Below are positions 48,749 to 58,752 of a DNA stretch of 64,000 nucleotides, piece by piece (the stretch's first letter is position 1; each line of letters begins with the position of its first letter). Source of the DNA: Rhodospirillaceae bacterium (GTDB lineage: Bacteria; Pseudomonadota; Alphaproteobacteria; Rhodospirillales; CALINB01); NCBI GenBank assembly GCA_038114465.1, contig JAYNQW010000014.1:13453-77452 (forward strand), read 5' to 3'. The translations under genes and the position numbers were made by a program. The notes under the pieces were generated by a model that saw only the letters and a list, made by a program, of their open reading frames with translations, was not told the origin of the DNA and ran no database searches.

Positions 48749-50164
48749 TTATTTTTTCTTTTTTGCAGCCTTCTTTTTAGCGGGTGCTTTCTTTTTGGCC
48801 GCCTTCTTTTTGGCTTTTGCCTTCGCCGGCTTAGCATCGCCCCCCTCATCGGGATCGGCCATAAGCTCCTCAAGCGAAACCTCTTTTTCGTTAACCTTGG
48901 CCAAAGCAAGAATGAAATCGACGACTTTGTCTTCGTAAATCGGTGCCGTCACAGCCTGCAAAGCCTCTGGCGAATTACGATACTGCTCCATGATTTCTTT
49001 TTCACGGCCCGGGTATCGGCTCGCCTGCGCCGAAACGGCGCGATTGATTTCTTCTTGAGTCAGCTCGATTTTATTCTGCCGGCCGACTTCCGCCATGATT
49101 AAACCAAGTTTCACGCGGCGATTGGCAATTTCCCGAAGCTCTTCTTTGCGCGTTTCATCGTCTTTTTCGTCATCTTTAAATTGATCGGGGTTTTGTTCGC
49201 GCTGCTTTTCAAAATCACCCCAAATCGATTCAAACTCGACTTCCAGCAAACGGGGTGGCAATTTGAGGTCGTATGCATTTTCCAGTTCATCCAGCAAGGC
49301 GCGCTTTAAGCGCATTTTCGAGATCTCTTGGTATTGCTTTTGTTGTTCCTCTCGAATGCCCCCTTGCAATTGCTCGACGTTCTCTTTGCCGAGTTTTTTG
49401 GCCAATTCGTCATTCACCTCAGGAGCGGCTTTTTCCTGAACCTCTTTGACCGTGACGTCGAAAACGGCGTCTTGACCAGCCAGATTTTCGGCCGGATAGT
49501 CTTCGGGGAACGCGATCTTGACCTCGCGCGCATCGCCGGCTTTCGCACCGACAAGCTGGTCTTCAAATCCCGGCACGAAGCTGCCCGTGCCCAATTCTAA
49601 AGAATAACCTTCCGCCTTACCGCCGGGGAACTCCTCCCCGCCCACTTTGCCGACAAAGTCGATCACGACGACATCGCCGTTTTGAGCTTCGTGATCGGCA
49701 CCGGCCGGCTTCGTCGAGCGGTAAGCATCGGCAAGCCGTTCGAGGGCCTGATCGACTTCTTTGTCCTCGACCTTGAAAACCATGCGTTCCAACTCGATAT
49801 TCGACAGCGCGCCAAGATCGACTTCCGGCATCAGCTCTATCGACAGCGAAAACTTGAGATCATCGCCTTGACTGTATTCCGTCATGTCAATTTTCGGCTG
49901 CATGGCGGGACGCAAATCGTTTTCAGAAATAACTTTGGTCGTCGCGGTCGATACGGTTTGTTGCAGCACTTCCTCTATCACGTGCTCGCCGTATTTTTTC
50001 CGCAAGATGGTCATGGGCACCTTGCCGGGGCGAAATCCTGGCATCGTAACCGACGAGGAGATCTCCTGAAGCTTGCCGATAACGTTTTGTTCGATTTCAT
50101 CGGCAGGTACCTCGACATCAAACTCGCGCAATAAATTTTCTGCTTTTGTTTCCTTAACTTCCAT
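48749..50164 (-). CDS. tig: Trigger factor with a Lys/Ala-rich C-terminal tail
   Basis: MEVKETKAENLLREF...GFRPGKVPM (ribosome-binding signature) followed by an FKBP-type PPIase domain. I chose the ATG at 50164 by alignment to Tig N-termini; the listed 50212 start is a GTG. The protein ends ...DAKPAKAKAKKKAAKKKAPAKKKAAKKKK. Confidence 0.9.
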   Translation of the reverse strand: MEVKETKAENLLREFDVEVPADEIEQNVIGKLQEISSSVTMPGFRPGKVPMTILRKKYGEHVIEEVLQQTVSTATTKVISENDLRPAMQPKIDMTEYSQGDDLKFSLSIELMPEVDLGALSNIELERMVFKVEDKEVDQALERLADAYRSTKPAGADHEAQNGDVVVIDFVGKVGGEEFPGGKAEGYSLELGTGSFVPGFEDQLVGAKAGDAREVKIAFPEDYPAENLAGQDAVFDVTVKEVQEKAAPEVNDELAKKLGKENVEQLQGGIREEQQKQYQEISKMRLKRALLDELENAYDLKLPPRLLEVEFESIWGDFEKQREQNPDQFKDDEKDDETRKEELREIANRRVKLGLIMAEVGRQNKIELTQEEINRAVSAQASRYPGREKEIMEQYRNSPEALQAVTAPIYEDKVVDFILALAKVNEKEVSLEELMADPDEGGDAKPAKAKAKKKAAKKKAPAKKKAAKKKK

Positions 50165-50277
50165 CGGATCGTCGATACCTCGTCCTAACAAATTTATGAC
50201 TTTTGCACTCACAAAGACCGTAAAGTCGCCCTAAGGAGTACGATGAGTGTCCCCACATCATAAGGACATTTTAAGCC

Positions 50278-50364
50278 TGGTGCGGGCGGAGGGACTTGAA
50301 CCCCCATGGCGTTGCCGCCACCAGGACCTAAACCTGGCGTGTCTACCAATTCCACCACGCCCGC
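50278..50364 (-). tRNA. tRNA-Leu (anticodon TAG)
   Basis: 87 nt with acceptor stem GCGGGCG/CGCCCGC, anticodon stem CCAGG/CCTGG with loop TTTAGGT, a long variable arm, a TTCAAGT T-loop and an encoded CCA. Confidence 0.9.
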
Positions 50365-50487
50365 GAGAAGCTTTATTTTGGGGCGGGGGCGAAACTCTAT
50401 ACCAAACGCCCTCGCTGTCAATCCACACAACCGGCTATTATTCTTGATTTTCTGCCGATAAATGCCGTTTTAGACATTCCTCAATGA

Positions 50488-51426
50488 TTAAACTTCCCGA
50501 CCGATCCCGGCTTCAATAGCCTTATCGTAGATCAGGCTGCCAAAGGCAACATCTTCGAACGCCAGGCCGAGCGAATGAAAGAACGTGATCTGATCGCCGC
50601 TTGTCCGTTTCGAGCACGTCTTTGAAACGATATCACCTAATTCGATCACATTTTTCCAAGGCAATTTATCCTGTTCGGCGAGATCCATCAGAATGCCCGC
50701 TTCAATATGGGCTTGTTCGAGATCATCGACGACGACCAGGTCAGCTGCCAAAACGGCCGCCTCATCGAACTCGCGGCGAATGCCATTATTTGCACCCGCC
50801 CCGTTGATGTGGACACCGGGCCTCAGCCATTCGCCCAGAAATACAGGATCTTTGGAATTTGTCGCTGTCGTGATGATATCGGCACCGCCGACACAGCTTT
50901 CGGGTGTCTCCGCCGCAACGATTTCGAAATCAAATTCCTGAGCTAACTCCTGGGCAAACTGATTGCGTTTATCAGCATTCCGGCTAAACACCCTCAGCTC
51001 TTGAAGATCACGCACGGCGGCGACGGCACGTACTTGATCTGGCGCAATACGGCCCGTACCGATTAATGCCATCACCTTCGCGTCTTCCCGCGCTAAGTAT
51101 TTTGTCGCCAACCCAGAAGCAGCCCCTGTACGGGTGCGCGACAGCCAGCGGCATTCGATCAACGCAATCGGTTCTTCGCGCTTCAGGGAAAGCAAAACCA
51201 GCAAATTAAATGGAATGGCCGAGGTATAACCCCGGTAGCCGAAAATATCGCTGCCCGGAATGGCTGCCGCCATGAGGTTGAAATATTTAACCGGTAAATC
51301 CAGCCGACGGCGCGGCAGATTCCCGCGAGACGGATCGTCCCATTGCCCGAACGCCGTTTCAAGCGCGGCAATGGAATCCTCCATGGTGACGAGGCTTTGA
51401 ACGTCTTCTTCAGTTAGATAAATCAC
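50488..51426 (-). CDS. Ornithine cyclodeaminase / mu-crystallin family protein
   Basis: 312 aa with a Rossmann motif (LIGTGRIA) and OCD-family architecture. Confidence 0.8.
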   Translation of the reverse strand: MIYLTEEDVQSLVTMEDSIAALETAFGQWDDPSRGNLPRRRLDLPVKYFNLMAAAIPGSDIFGYRGYTSAIPFNLLVLLSLKREEPIALIECRWLSRTRTGAASGLATKYLAREDAKVMALIGTGRIAPDQVRAVAAVRDLQELRVFSRNADKRNQFAQELAQEFDFEIVAAETPESCVGGADIITTATNSKDPVFLGEWLRPGVHINGAGANNGIRREFDEAAVLAADLVVVDDLEQAHIEAGILMDLAEQDKLPWKNVIELGDIVSKTCSKRTSGDQITFFHSLGLAFEDVAFGSLIYDKAIEAGIGREV

Positions 51427-51462
51427 GGAGCAGAAGAGCCTGATGAATAGAAATGATTAGGA

Positions 51463-52881
51463 TTAGAGGAGCGAACGAACCTCGCTTGAAGCAACAACCA
51501 CGCCGTTTGCCGTATACGTTTCGTGATTATTCTCGATATCGCTCAAATCGTAAACGTAATTCACCATCATACCCGCCGATTGGGACAGTCCCTTTTCAGA
51601 GGTATCGCCCAGCCAGTTGATCCGGTCGATCCGCGCCCCATTGGTCAGATGAAAATGCGTAACCGAATCCCGGGCTGTGCCGCTCGTACGTTTAGCTTGA
51701 ACAAGATAACACGCGCACAACCGCATCAGGGCCGGACGTAAGGCAAGCGCCAAATCGGCATCATTTCGCCAATCAGTATTGTTCAACACCGAACGGAGGA
51801 AGCCCCTGTTCTCGACCGCCTCACCCGCGACTCCTTTTAAGACCGCGCGCTCTTCGGCAAGCAGTAATTCCGAGCCATCTTCGTCTATCCGTTCGTCCAG
51901 CCAACGCCGAAATCCCGGTATGGGCGAGAGTGTCGCAAACGTTTTTATCTTCGGAAATTCACGGGTCAGTCGGTCGACAACCCGCTTAATTAGGAAGTTA
52001 CCGAAACTGATACCGGCCAATCCCTTTTGTGCATTGGTGATCGAGTAGAAAATGGCGGAGTCGGCTTCTGTCGTATCCGTTTGCGGCAACTCGCGGTCCA
52101 ATAGGACTTGGACATTATCCGCCATCCCGTTGACCAGGGCGACTTGAACGAAAATCAGTGGTTCATCCGGTATGCGGGGATGAAAATAGGCGAAGCACCG
52201 CCGGTCCGGTTCGAGCCTATTTTTCAAGTCATCCCAGCTCTGAATTTCATGCACGGCCTCGTACTCGATCAGCTTTTCCAACAATGCCGCCGAAGTCTCT
52301 TCCCAGGTGATTTGATTGAGCTCCAGAAAATCGACATCGAACCAGGTTCGCAGCAAGGCCCGCAGATCGTCATCCAATCCGCGCAAAGACGAAATGGAAT
52401 TTTTGAGCGCAATCAGCTCTGCGCGCATATCAACCAAAAACTTAACCCCTTGGGGTAAGCCATTGAATTGAGTTAATAATTTAATACGTGGCGCTTCCAG
52501 GCATTGACGAAGATCGCGCTCGGCCCGGCGCCGCGCAGCCTCATCATCAGCTCGTGAAACAGCCTTGGCCGCGAGGTCGACGGCCTCATGATCGACATCG
52601 AAATCTTCCGCCAAGACGGTCAGAAACCGGGCACGGCCTTCAGGATTTAAAGCCAGATATGCCTGCCCTAAGGATGCAGTCCGTGCCCGCGCGGACACCT
52701 CGCCGCCGGGCGCATTCAGACAGCTTTGCATCTGCTTGCGAAGGTCCTCGACGTCGCTATCGGGCAATTCAGGGCGCCGGGATGCGATATCGACACCATA
52801 TTCAGAACCGGCAATGGACCGCCACGCCGAGCGCAGGTTGCGCCAGGTACGATCAAAGAATGAGCCGCTCACATGATTCAT
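51463..52881 (-). CDS. Malonyl-CoA decarboxylase
   Basis: 472 aa with EAVHEI.SWDDLK.RL..DRRCFA.FHP..PDEPLIFV.VAL and ATLSPIPGF, as in the MCD (MatA/MLYCD) family. Confidence 0.8.
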   Translation of the reverse strand: MNHVSGSFFDRTWRNLRSAWRSIAGSEYGVDIASRRPELPDSDVEDLRKQMQSCLNAPGGEVSARARTASLGQAYLALNPEGRARFLTVLAEDFDVDHEAVDLAAKAVSRADDEAARRRAERDLRQCLEAPRIKLLTQFNGLPQGVKFLVDMRAELIALKNSISSLRGLDDDLRALLRTWFDVDFLELNQITWEETSAALLEKLIEYEAVHEIQSWDDLKNRLEPDRRCFAYFHPRIPDEPLIFVQVALVNGMADNVQVLLDRELPQTDTTEADSAIFYSITNAQKGLAGISFGNFLIKRVVDRLTREFPKIKTFATLSPIPGFRRWLDERIDEDGSELLLAEERAVLKGVAGEAVENRGFLRSVLNNTDWRNDADLALALRPALMRLCACYLVQAKRTSGTARDSVTHFHLTNGARIDRINWLGDTSEKGLSQSAGMMVNYVYDLSDIENNHETYTANGVVVASSEVRSLL

Positions 52882-52975
52882 AAAATTATGTCTAACCCAG
52901 GAATGTTGCGACGTTATGTATATTTCGTCATCTCATAAACGCATTTCAAGAAAATGACACCCGAATTCACGGTGA

Positions 52976-54445
52976 TCACACCCGATCTTTGCCATCAATC
53001 CCGGCCATGACTGCCGGTAATAATTTTGGAATATCTTCAGCGATAAGCCCCTTACCAAAACGAAGCCCTGCATCGCCATGCATCCATGACGCAGCACAAG
53101 CCGCCTCGAACATACCCATGCCCTGTGCCGCTAAACCTAAAATCATCCCGGCGAGAACATCTCCAGATCCGGCCGTGGCTAAAAAAGCTGAAACATGATC
53201 TGTAATGACGGTCCGGCCATCCGGTGCCGCGATCACAGTATCGCCACCCTTAAGCAAGAGCACCGCACCGCTTTGTTTTGCCGCAGCTTGGGTCCGCGCA
53301 AGTTTGCCGCCGGCAAGGTCTGGAAAGAGCCTTTTAAATTCACCTTCATGGGGTGTTAATACCGTCGGTGATTGGATCGCGCTAAACAATGTTTCGGCAT
53401 CCCCCTCATAGATACTGAGCGCATCGGCATCCAGAACCGTTTTCTTCTTAGCCTTCAAGGCAGCAACGGTCCTGGTTTTTGTTGTATCCGACACCCCGGC
53501 GCCGGGCCCGAGCAAAACGGCATTGCGCCTCGGATCTTCTAAAAAAACGGCGAACGCCTGATCATCCATGACGGGTTGAACAATCATCCCCGGCTCGGCA
53601 CTTGCATAAATCGGAAAAGTCTGCGGACTCGCGCAAATCGTGACGAGCCCGGCCCCAACACGCCGTGCGCCGAGAGCCGATAAACGTGCCGCCCCGGTCA
53701 TGACATCGCCGCCTAGAATCACTGAATGTCCGCGCGTATATTTATTGTCGGTAAGTTCGGGGCTGGGCAGCAAACCGCGCCACAAATCAGGATGATTCAG
53801 CTGCGTTTTCGGTTTGATCGTCTCGAGAACCGAGCGCGAAATGCCGATATTGATGACAGACACCTCGCCGGCGTACAGGCGGCCCGGCAGTAAAAACAAT
53901 CCGGGTTTCGGACGAAAAAACGTGACGGTCAATTTACAGTTCGGTGCCGCACCCATTACCGAACCGGTATCACCGTGAATGCCGCTCGGCACATCGATAC
54001 CGACACAATCCATCTGCCGGTCATTGATGGCTTCGATGATTGTTTGTGTCACGCCCTCAATAGGCCGGGTCAATCCGGCGCCAAACAATCCATCAATCAC
54101 CAGATTGCAATCGTTTAGCACATCCAGGGACAGCGCTTCGAATTTACCGGTCCAGCGTTCGGCATTGATCGCGGCGTCACCTTTTAAATTTTCTTTTTCC
54201 CCGAGCAAACTCAAACGTACGGGCCAGCCCAGTTCTGCTAGGTGCCGGGCGACGACAAACCCATCACCGCCGTTATTACCGGGCCCACACAAAATGGCGA
54301 CCGGTTGTTTTGTCCAACGTGACGCGATTTCCCGAGCCACACCGGCACCGGCAGCCTCCATCAAATCAATACTGGCAATACCGGCTTGTTCGGCAAGCCG
54401 GTCGGCTTGGTAACATTCGTCAACACTGAGCAAATACCGGTCCAT
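52976..54445 (-). CDS. nnr: Bifunctional NAD(P)H-hydrate repair enzyme (epimerase / ADP-dependent dehydratase)
   Basis: 489 aa with an N-terminal YjeF_N domain (CGPGNNGGDG) and a C-terminal carbohydrate-kinase-like domain (GSGDVLAG). Confidence 0.9.
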   Translation of the reverse strand: MDRYLLSVDECYQADRLAEQAGIASIDLMEAAGAGVAREIASRWTKQPVAILCGPGNNGGDGFVVARHLAELGWPVRLSLLGEKENLKGDAAINAERWTGKFEALSLDVLNDCNLVIDGLFGAGLTRPIEGVTQTIIEAINDRQMDCVGIDVPSGIHGDTGSVMGAAPNCKLTVTFFRPKPGLFLLPGRLYAGEVSVINIGISRSVLETIKPKTQLNHPDLWRGLLPSPELTDNKYTRGHSVILGGDVMTGAARLSALGARRVGAGLVTICASPQTFPIYASAEPGMIVQPVMDDQAFAVFLEDPRRNAVLLGPGAGVSDTTKTRTVAALKAKKKTVLDADALSIYEGDAETLFSAIQSPTVLTPHEGEFKRLFPDLAGGKLARTQAAAKQSGAVLLLKGGDTVIAAPDGRTVITDHVSAFLATAGSGDVLAGMILGLAAQGMGMFEAACAASWMHGDAGLRFGKGLIAEDIPKLLPAVMAGIDGKDRV

Positions 54446-54547
54446 ATGACTGCCGTACCCTCAAATTCAAAATCGGATAATACACGCCCTAGGATGCCCT
54501 TTCGGGCCATGATGATGCAAATTTGCCTATCCAGCGCGCATTTCTCC

Positions 54548-54577
54548 TTGACCCAGATCACTCCTTTTCGGCTATGT
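54548..54577 (+). promoter_or_regulatory. Candidate sigma-70 promoter
   Basis: TTGACC-N18-CTATGT lies about 40 nt upstream of the 54615 ATG. This is by-eye matching only. Confidence 0.25.
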
Positions 54578-54614
54578 GTTGATTATCAGCCCGCCATGAC
54601 AAGAAGGTTCAAGA

Positions 54615-55052
54615 ATGGATAAATGGGACCAGCGATTTATTGACCTCGCCAAATACATTTCTGAATGGTCAAAGGACCCTTCAACGAAAGTTGGCGCCGT
54701 CATCACCCATCCTGTGAGCAAAAAGATTATTTCGACCGGCTTTAACGGCTTTCCCGCCGGCGTCGAGGATACCGCCGACCGCCTCGAAAACCGCGATATC
54801 AAATATGAAATGGTCGTTCACGCTGAATTAAACGCGCTTTTATTTGCCGGAAATTCCGCCGAAGGCGCAACATTATATGTTTACCCCCTGGCTCCGTGCG
54901 CACGTTGCGCCGTTACCATTATTCAAGCCGGCATCAAACGCATTGTTACGCCGCGACCCGATTTTGAGCATGAACGTTGGGGGGCCACTCTTAAGGTCGC
55001 CCATGACCTTTTTACAGAAGCCAATCTGACCGTCGATTACCTCGACCTCTAA
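54615..55052 (+). CDS. dCMP deaminase / cytidine-deoxycytidylate deaminase family protein
   Basis: 145 aa with zinc-binding motifs HAELNAL and PCARCA. Confidence 0.8.
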   Translation: MDKWDQRFIDLAKYISEWSKDPSTKVGAVITHPVSKKIISTGFNGFPAGVEDTADRLENRDIKYEMVVHAELNALLFAGNSAEGATLYVYPLAPCARCAVTIIQAGIKRIVTPRPDFEHERWGATLKVAHDLFTEANLTVDYLDL

Positions 55053-55065
55053 AACATAATTCGTA

Positions 55066-56466
55066 ATGGAACAAAATTTGAAAACGGCTTTTCTGCAACC
55101 GGGCAGACTGTTTGCGCTGGTTATATTAGCTATTGTCGTCTCGGTATTTTTTATTCCTTTACCCGAAGGGTTTGATCCGAAGCTAACCAAAACCGCAGCC
55201 TTGGTCATTGCTGTCATGGTGCTGATCGTGACCAATGTCCTGCCCGAGCACATGACGTTTTTAGGGTTTATGTTGGCCATCGTTTTGACGGGGATCGCAC
55301 CGATTCAAGTTGCATTCGGCGGGTTCACTTCGAGCGTGATTTGGCTCGTATTCGGCGGCACGATGATTAGTCTCGCCATTCAACATACGGGGTTTTCAAG
55401 CCGTTTTCGCCTCATTGCCCAATCCATGGCATCGCTCAGTTACAACAAAATTTTAATTTTGGTCACATTTGGAGCATTTGCGAGCGGCCTCTTTATGCCC
55501 TCCTCCATCAGCAGGATCGCCATCCTCGTGCCTATTGCCCTAGCATTGGCTGAGCAACTCGGTTTTCGAGAAGGACGACCGGGCCGTCACGGTATTGCCC
55601 TGGCCGCCGGCATTGGTACCTATCTGCCAGGTGCAGGCATCCTGCCTGCCAATCTGCCCAATGTCGTTTTTGCCGGAGCCGTCGAAACGGCGCATGGCGT
55701 TCAACTCACTTACGGTGAATTTCTCCTTTGGCATTTTCCGGTGACCGGATTCATCAAAGCCTGCCTGCTCGTTGCATTGCTTGCTTATATGTATCCGGAT
55801 AAACGCGATGAAATCGACCAAACGACGGAAGCCATCGACCCCATCACGGGGCGGCAACGCATATTGCAATTATTGCTGTTCGCCACTGTCGCTTTGTGGG
55901 CGACTGACTTCCTGCACGGCATTGCGCCAGGTTATGTTTCATTGCTGGTAGCGCTGGTGATTATGCTGCCAATCCTGAACTTAAGCCCCAATGATGCGTT
56001 TGCCGGAAAGATGAATTTAATGCCGATGTTTATGCTGGCCGGTATTTTGGCTATCGGCGGTGTGGTGCAACACAGCGGCATCGGGGGGCATATTGCCACC
56101 AACTTGATTGAGTTCACCAATCCGCAGCCGAACGAACCTATTCGCAATTTTACAATTCTCGCCGGCTTGGCCAGTTTATTGACGGCGATCGCAACATCGC
56201 CCGGCGCACCGGTGATTATGGCGCCGCTGGCGCAGGACCTCGCCCAGGCCATGGGTCTACCATTGTTTACGGTTATCAATATGATGGTGTTTGGAATATC
56301 GATTCAAATTCTGCCCTATATCGGCACGCCATTCATTATCGCCATGAGTTTGAGCACGGCACCCATGCGGGACGGTGTGAGATTGTGCTTAACGATGGCG
56401 GCATTAAGCATTGTTGTTTTGGGGCCGCTAACGTTTTTGTGGTGGAAAATACTAGGTTTTATATAG
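55066..56466 (+). CDS. Ion-transporter-superfamily anion permease (SLC13/DASS- or ArsB/NhaD-like), tandem copy 1
   Basis: 466 aa polytopic membrane protein. It shares long colinear blocks with the next gene (YGEFLLWHFPVTGF, ILPANLPNVV, APGAPV, LAQDLAQA). Confidence 0.7.
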   Translation: MEQNLKTAFLQPGRLFALVILAIVVSVFFIPLPEGFDPKLTKTAALVIAVMVLIVTNVLPEHMTFLGFMLAIVLTGIAPIQVAFGGFTSSVIWLVFGGTMISLAIQHTGFSSRFRLIAQSMASLSYNKILILVTFGAFASGLFMPSSISRIAILVPIALALAEQLGFREGRPGRHGIALAAGIGTYLPGAGILPANLPNVVFAGAVETAHGVQLTYGEFLLWHFPVTGFIKACLLVALLAYMYPDKRDEIDQTTEAIDPITGRQRILQLLLFATVALWATDFLHGIAPGYVSLLVALVIMLPILNLSPNDAFAGKMNLMPMFMLAGILAIGGVVQHSGIGGHIATNLIEFTNPQPNEPIRNFTILAGLASLLTAIATSPGAPVIMAPLAQDLAQAMGLPLFTVINMMVFGISIQILPYIGTPFIIAMSLSTAPMRDGVRLCLTMAALSIVVLGPLTFLWWKILGFI

Positions 56467-57855
56467 ATGAAAGAATTTCTCACGAGCCCTAGCAGAGTCA
56501 TTGCAGCCCTCGCTGTGCTCGCCTCAACCATCGTGCTGCTGATACCGACTCCGGCTGGTCTCGATCCAAAGCTCGTTAAAGCAGGCGCTGTGTTATTCGC
56601 CGCCGTGGCCGTATATGCATCCCATGCCCTGCCTGATCATTTTACGTCTTTAAGTTTTATGCTCATGGCCGTGCTGCTCGGTGTTGCACCAGCGAATGTG
56701 GCCTTTTCCGGTTTTATGACCAGCGCTGTGTGGATGTTATTCGGTGGGTTGTTTATCGGCCTCGCCATCCAGCACACGGGCCTCACCGACCGTTTCGGTA
56801 AAATCGGCACCCGGCTTGGTCATCTGACCTACACCAAGGTTCTGCTGATCATTGTCTTCGCTTCATTGACGCTCGGCTTTTTTATGCCGGCTTCGATCAG
56901 CCGGGTCATCATCCTCGTTCCGATCGCATTTGCCATCGCCGCCGCGCTCGGTTTCGGCGAAGGCCGCCCCGGGCGCACGGGCATCGCCATGGCCGCCGGC
57001 ATGGGCACGTTCATTCCCGGTTCCGGCATTCTGCCGGCAAACCTACCAAACGTTGTGATGTCCGGGGCCAGTGAAGCGATTTACAAACTCCCGTTTACCT
57101 ATGGTGAATTTCTCCTTTGGCATTTTCCGGTCACGGGTTTTCTCAAGGCGATTATCCTCGTTTGGGTCATCAAATGGATGTATCCGGATGAAATCGACAA
57201 TAAATCCTCCCCGTCAAAGGTCGAGCCCATCACATCTAATCAGCAAATGCTGCAATTTATTTTGGCCGCGACGATGTGCCTTTGGGCAACGGACTTTCTC
57301 CATCGCATTGCGCCGGGACACATCTCATTGCTGGCCAGCCTTGTGATCATGATGCCGCTATTGAAACTTGTTCCGGATGATGCTCTGCAAAAACACATCA
57401 ATCTCACATCGTTTTTCTACGTTGCCGGCATTTTAAGTGTTGGCGCCGTGGTTCAGCACGTCGGCTTCGGTTCAACCATCGCTGCTTTCCTGATCGATGT
57501 CACCAATCCGCAACCTGGTGAAACATTTACAAATTTCGTTACCCTTTCGATGATGTCGATGATCCTTTGCGTATTTACGACGGCTCCTGGTGCACCCGTC
57601 GTTCTCGCACCGATGGCACAGGATCTGGCGCAAGCCGTTGGCATGTCACTGTTTACCGTGATCAACACCATGACCCACGGGTTTGCGACTATTTTGTTCC
57701 CCTACATTGGTCCGCCGTTCGTGATAGCGATTGCGATTACGAATACACCGGTTCGCGAGGGCTTGAAATTGTGCTTCGTGATGGCTGCAATCTCGATCAT
57801 CTTACTCATGCCACTGACCTATATCTGGTGGCAGTGGCTGGGTCTCTTTGGCTGA
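56467..57855 (+). CDS. Ion-transporter-superfamily anion permease (SLC13/DASS- or ArsB/NhaD-like), tandem copy 2
   Basis: 462 aa paralog of 55066..56466. Its ATG directly abuts the upstream TAG stop. Confidence 0.7.
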   Translation: MKEFLTSPSRVIAALAVLASTIVLLIPTPAGLDPKLVKAGAVLFAAVAVYASHALPDHFTSLSFMLMAVLLGVAPANVAFSGFMTSAVWMLFGGLFIGLAIQHTGLTDRFGKIGTRLGHLTYTKVLLIIVFASLTLGFFMPASISRVIILVPIAFAIAAALGFGEGRPGRTGIAMAAGMGTFIPGSGILPANLPNVVMSGASEAIYKLPFTYGEFLLWHFPVTGFLKAIILVWVIKWMYPDEIDNKSSPSKVEPITSNQQMLQFILAATMCLWATDFLHRIAPGHISLLASLVIMMPLLKLVPDDALQKHINLTSFFYVAGILSVGAVVQHVGFGSTIAAFLIDVTNPQPGETFTNFVTLSMMSMILCVFTTAPGAPVVLAPMAQDLAQAVGMSLFTVINTMTHGFATILFPYIGPPFVIAIAITNTPVREGLKLCFVMAAISIILLMPLTYIWWQWLGLFG

Positions 57856-58055
57856 TGCCTGCACCGGCACCCATTTAGAGACGCCCCTAGCTGCCGATTT
57901 CCGCCTCAATTAATGCTTTATTAACATAGAATTCCGCTTGCCATGCGCACAGTGCAATGCTGCTGCGCAATAAAACGTCTGGTGCGGGGGCGGAATAAGA
58001 TTAATTAACCGGCAAGACACAATGTCCTAAAAACAAAAGCAAAGGATAAAAGACC

Positions 58056-58271
58056 ATGGAAAATGTTTTACATCGTTCTCATCGAATTGAAGCGGGCTTT
58101 CCCTTCACTTCTCTTTGGCATGGAATTGCGCGGTTTTTTAAAGTCATCAACAACGCCATCGCCGTTCGGAACGAATACACACGGCTTTATGCCTACAGCG
58201 ATGCCGAGTTGAACAAAAAAGGCTTCGGCCGTGAAGAAATTGCGCAGTATATCGCTCGTAAATACTTCTAA
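58056..58271 (+). CDS. DUF1127-like small protein
   Basis: 71 aa with C-terminal ...RNEYTRLYAYSDAELNKKGFGREEIAQYIARKYF, which fits the DUF1127 pattern (L..LSD.EL.D.G..R.DI). It is followed by a strong terminator. Confidence 0.55.
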   Translation: MENVLHRSHRIEAGFPFTSLWHGIARFFKVINNAIAVRNEYTRLYAYSDAELNKKGFGREEIAQYIARKYF

Positions 58272-58343
58272 ATCAAAGCCCTAAACGGTTATCCCCAAAT
58301 GGTGTCTTAAGATTAAAAAAATACCGCTAAGGGATTTTACGAC

Positions 58344-58377
58344 AAAAAAAGCGCCGGAATCATCCGGCGCTTTTTTG
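58344..58377 (+). terminator. Rho-independent terminator (bidirectional shape)
   Basis: AAAAAAA-GCGCCGGA-atca-TCCGGCGC-TTTTTT. The 8-bp GC-rich stem spans 58351-58370. Confidence 0.85.
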
Positions 58378-58516
58378 TTAACCGGGTGATGGACAAATGA
58401 AAATTTGAATGAGCCTTGCATTGCTGCATTGCAGCAAACGCATTCAACCAACACCTATATTGTAACAGTGAAACGATAGTTTTCTCTTCACCTTTAACCC
58501 CTATCCACGGAGAAAT

Positions 58517-58744
58517 ATGATGACAATGACAGCTCAAGAACAAGCCTATGTCGCTCCCATCTCCAGCGGGTTCCGGCCTTTGAAAGCAATCAAAACATTT
58601 TTTCAAATTTTCGGTAAATCCGTCTCCGCATCTAATGAATACACGTACCTGTCGAAAATGTCCGAACAGGAACTCGCAAAACGCGGCCTTAAAAGAGAAA
58701 CCATCCCCGAATACGTCATTTCGTTGTATTTCAGCGAAGTTTAA
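58517..58744 (+). CDS. DUF1127-like small protein (paralog)
   Basis: 75 aa with C-terminal ...SNEYTYLSKMSEQELAKRGLKRETIPEYVISLYFSEV, the same pattern as 58056..58271. Confidence 0.55.
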   Translation: MMTMTAQEQAYVAPISSGFRPLKAIKTFFQIFGKSVSASNEYTYLSKMSEQELAKRGLKRETIPEYVISLYFSEV

Positions 58745-58752
58745 GCGCAAAA

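Noticed and set aside
48667-48938. ORFs 48667..48909 (-) and 48738..48938 (+), rich in K, R, A and F
   Set aside because: They are frame-shifted or antisense readings of the low-complexity Lys/Ala tail of tig.
50278-50364. Whether the long (87-nt) tRNA could be selC (tRNA-Sec), given the nearby selenoprotein candidates
   Set aside because: The anticodon loop TTTAGGT gives anticodon TAG (Leu), not TCA. The acceptor stem is a normal 7 bp and the long variable arm is standard for tRNA-Leu.
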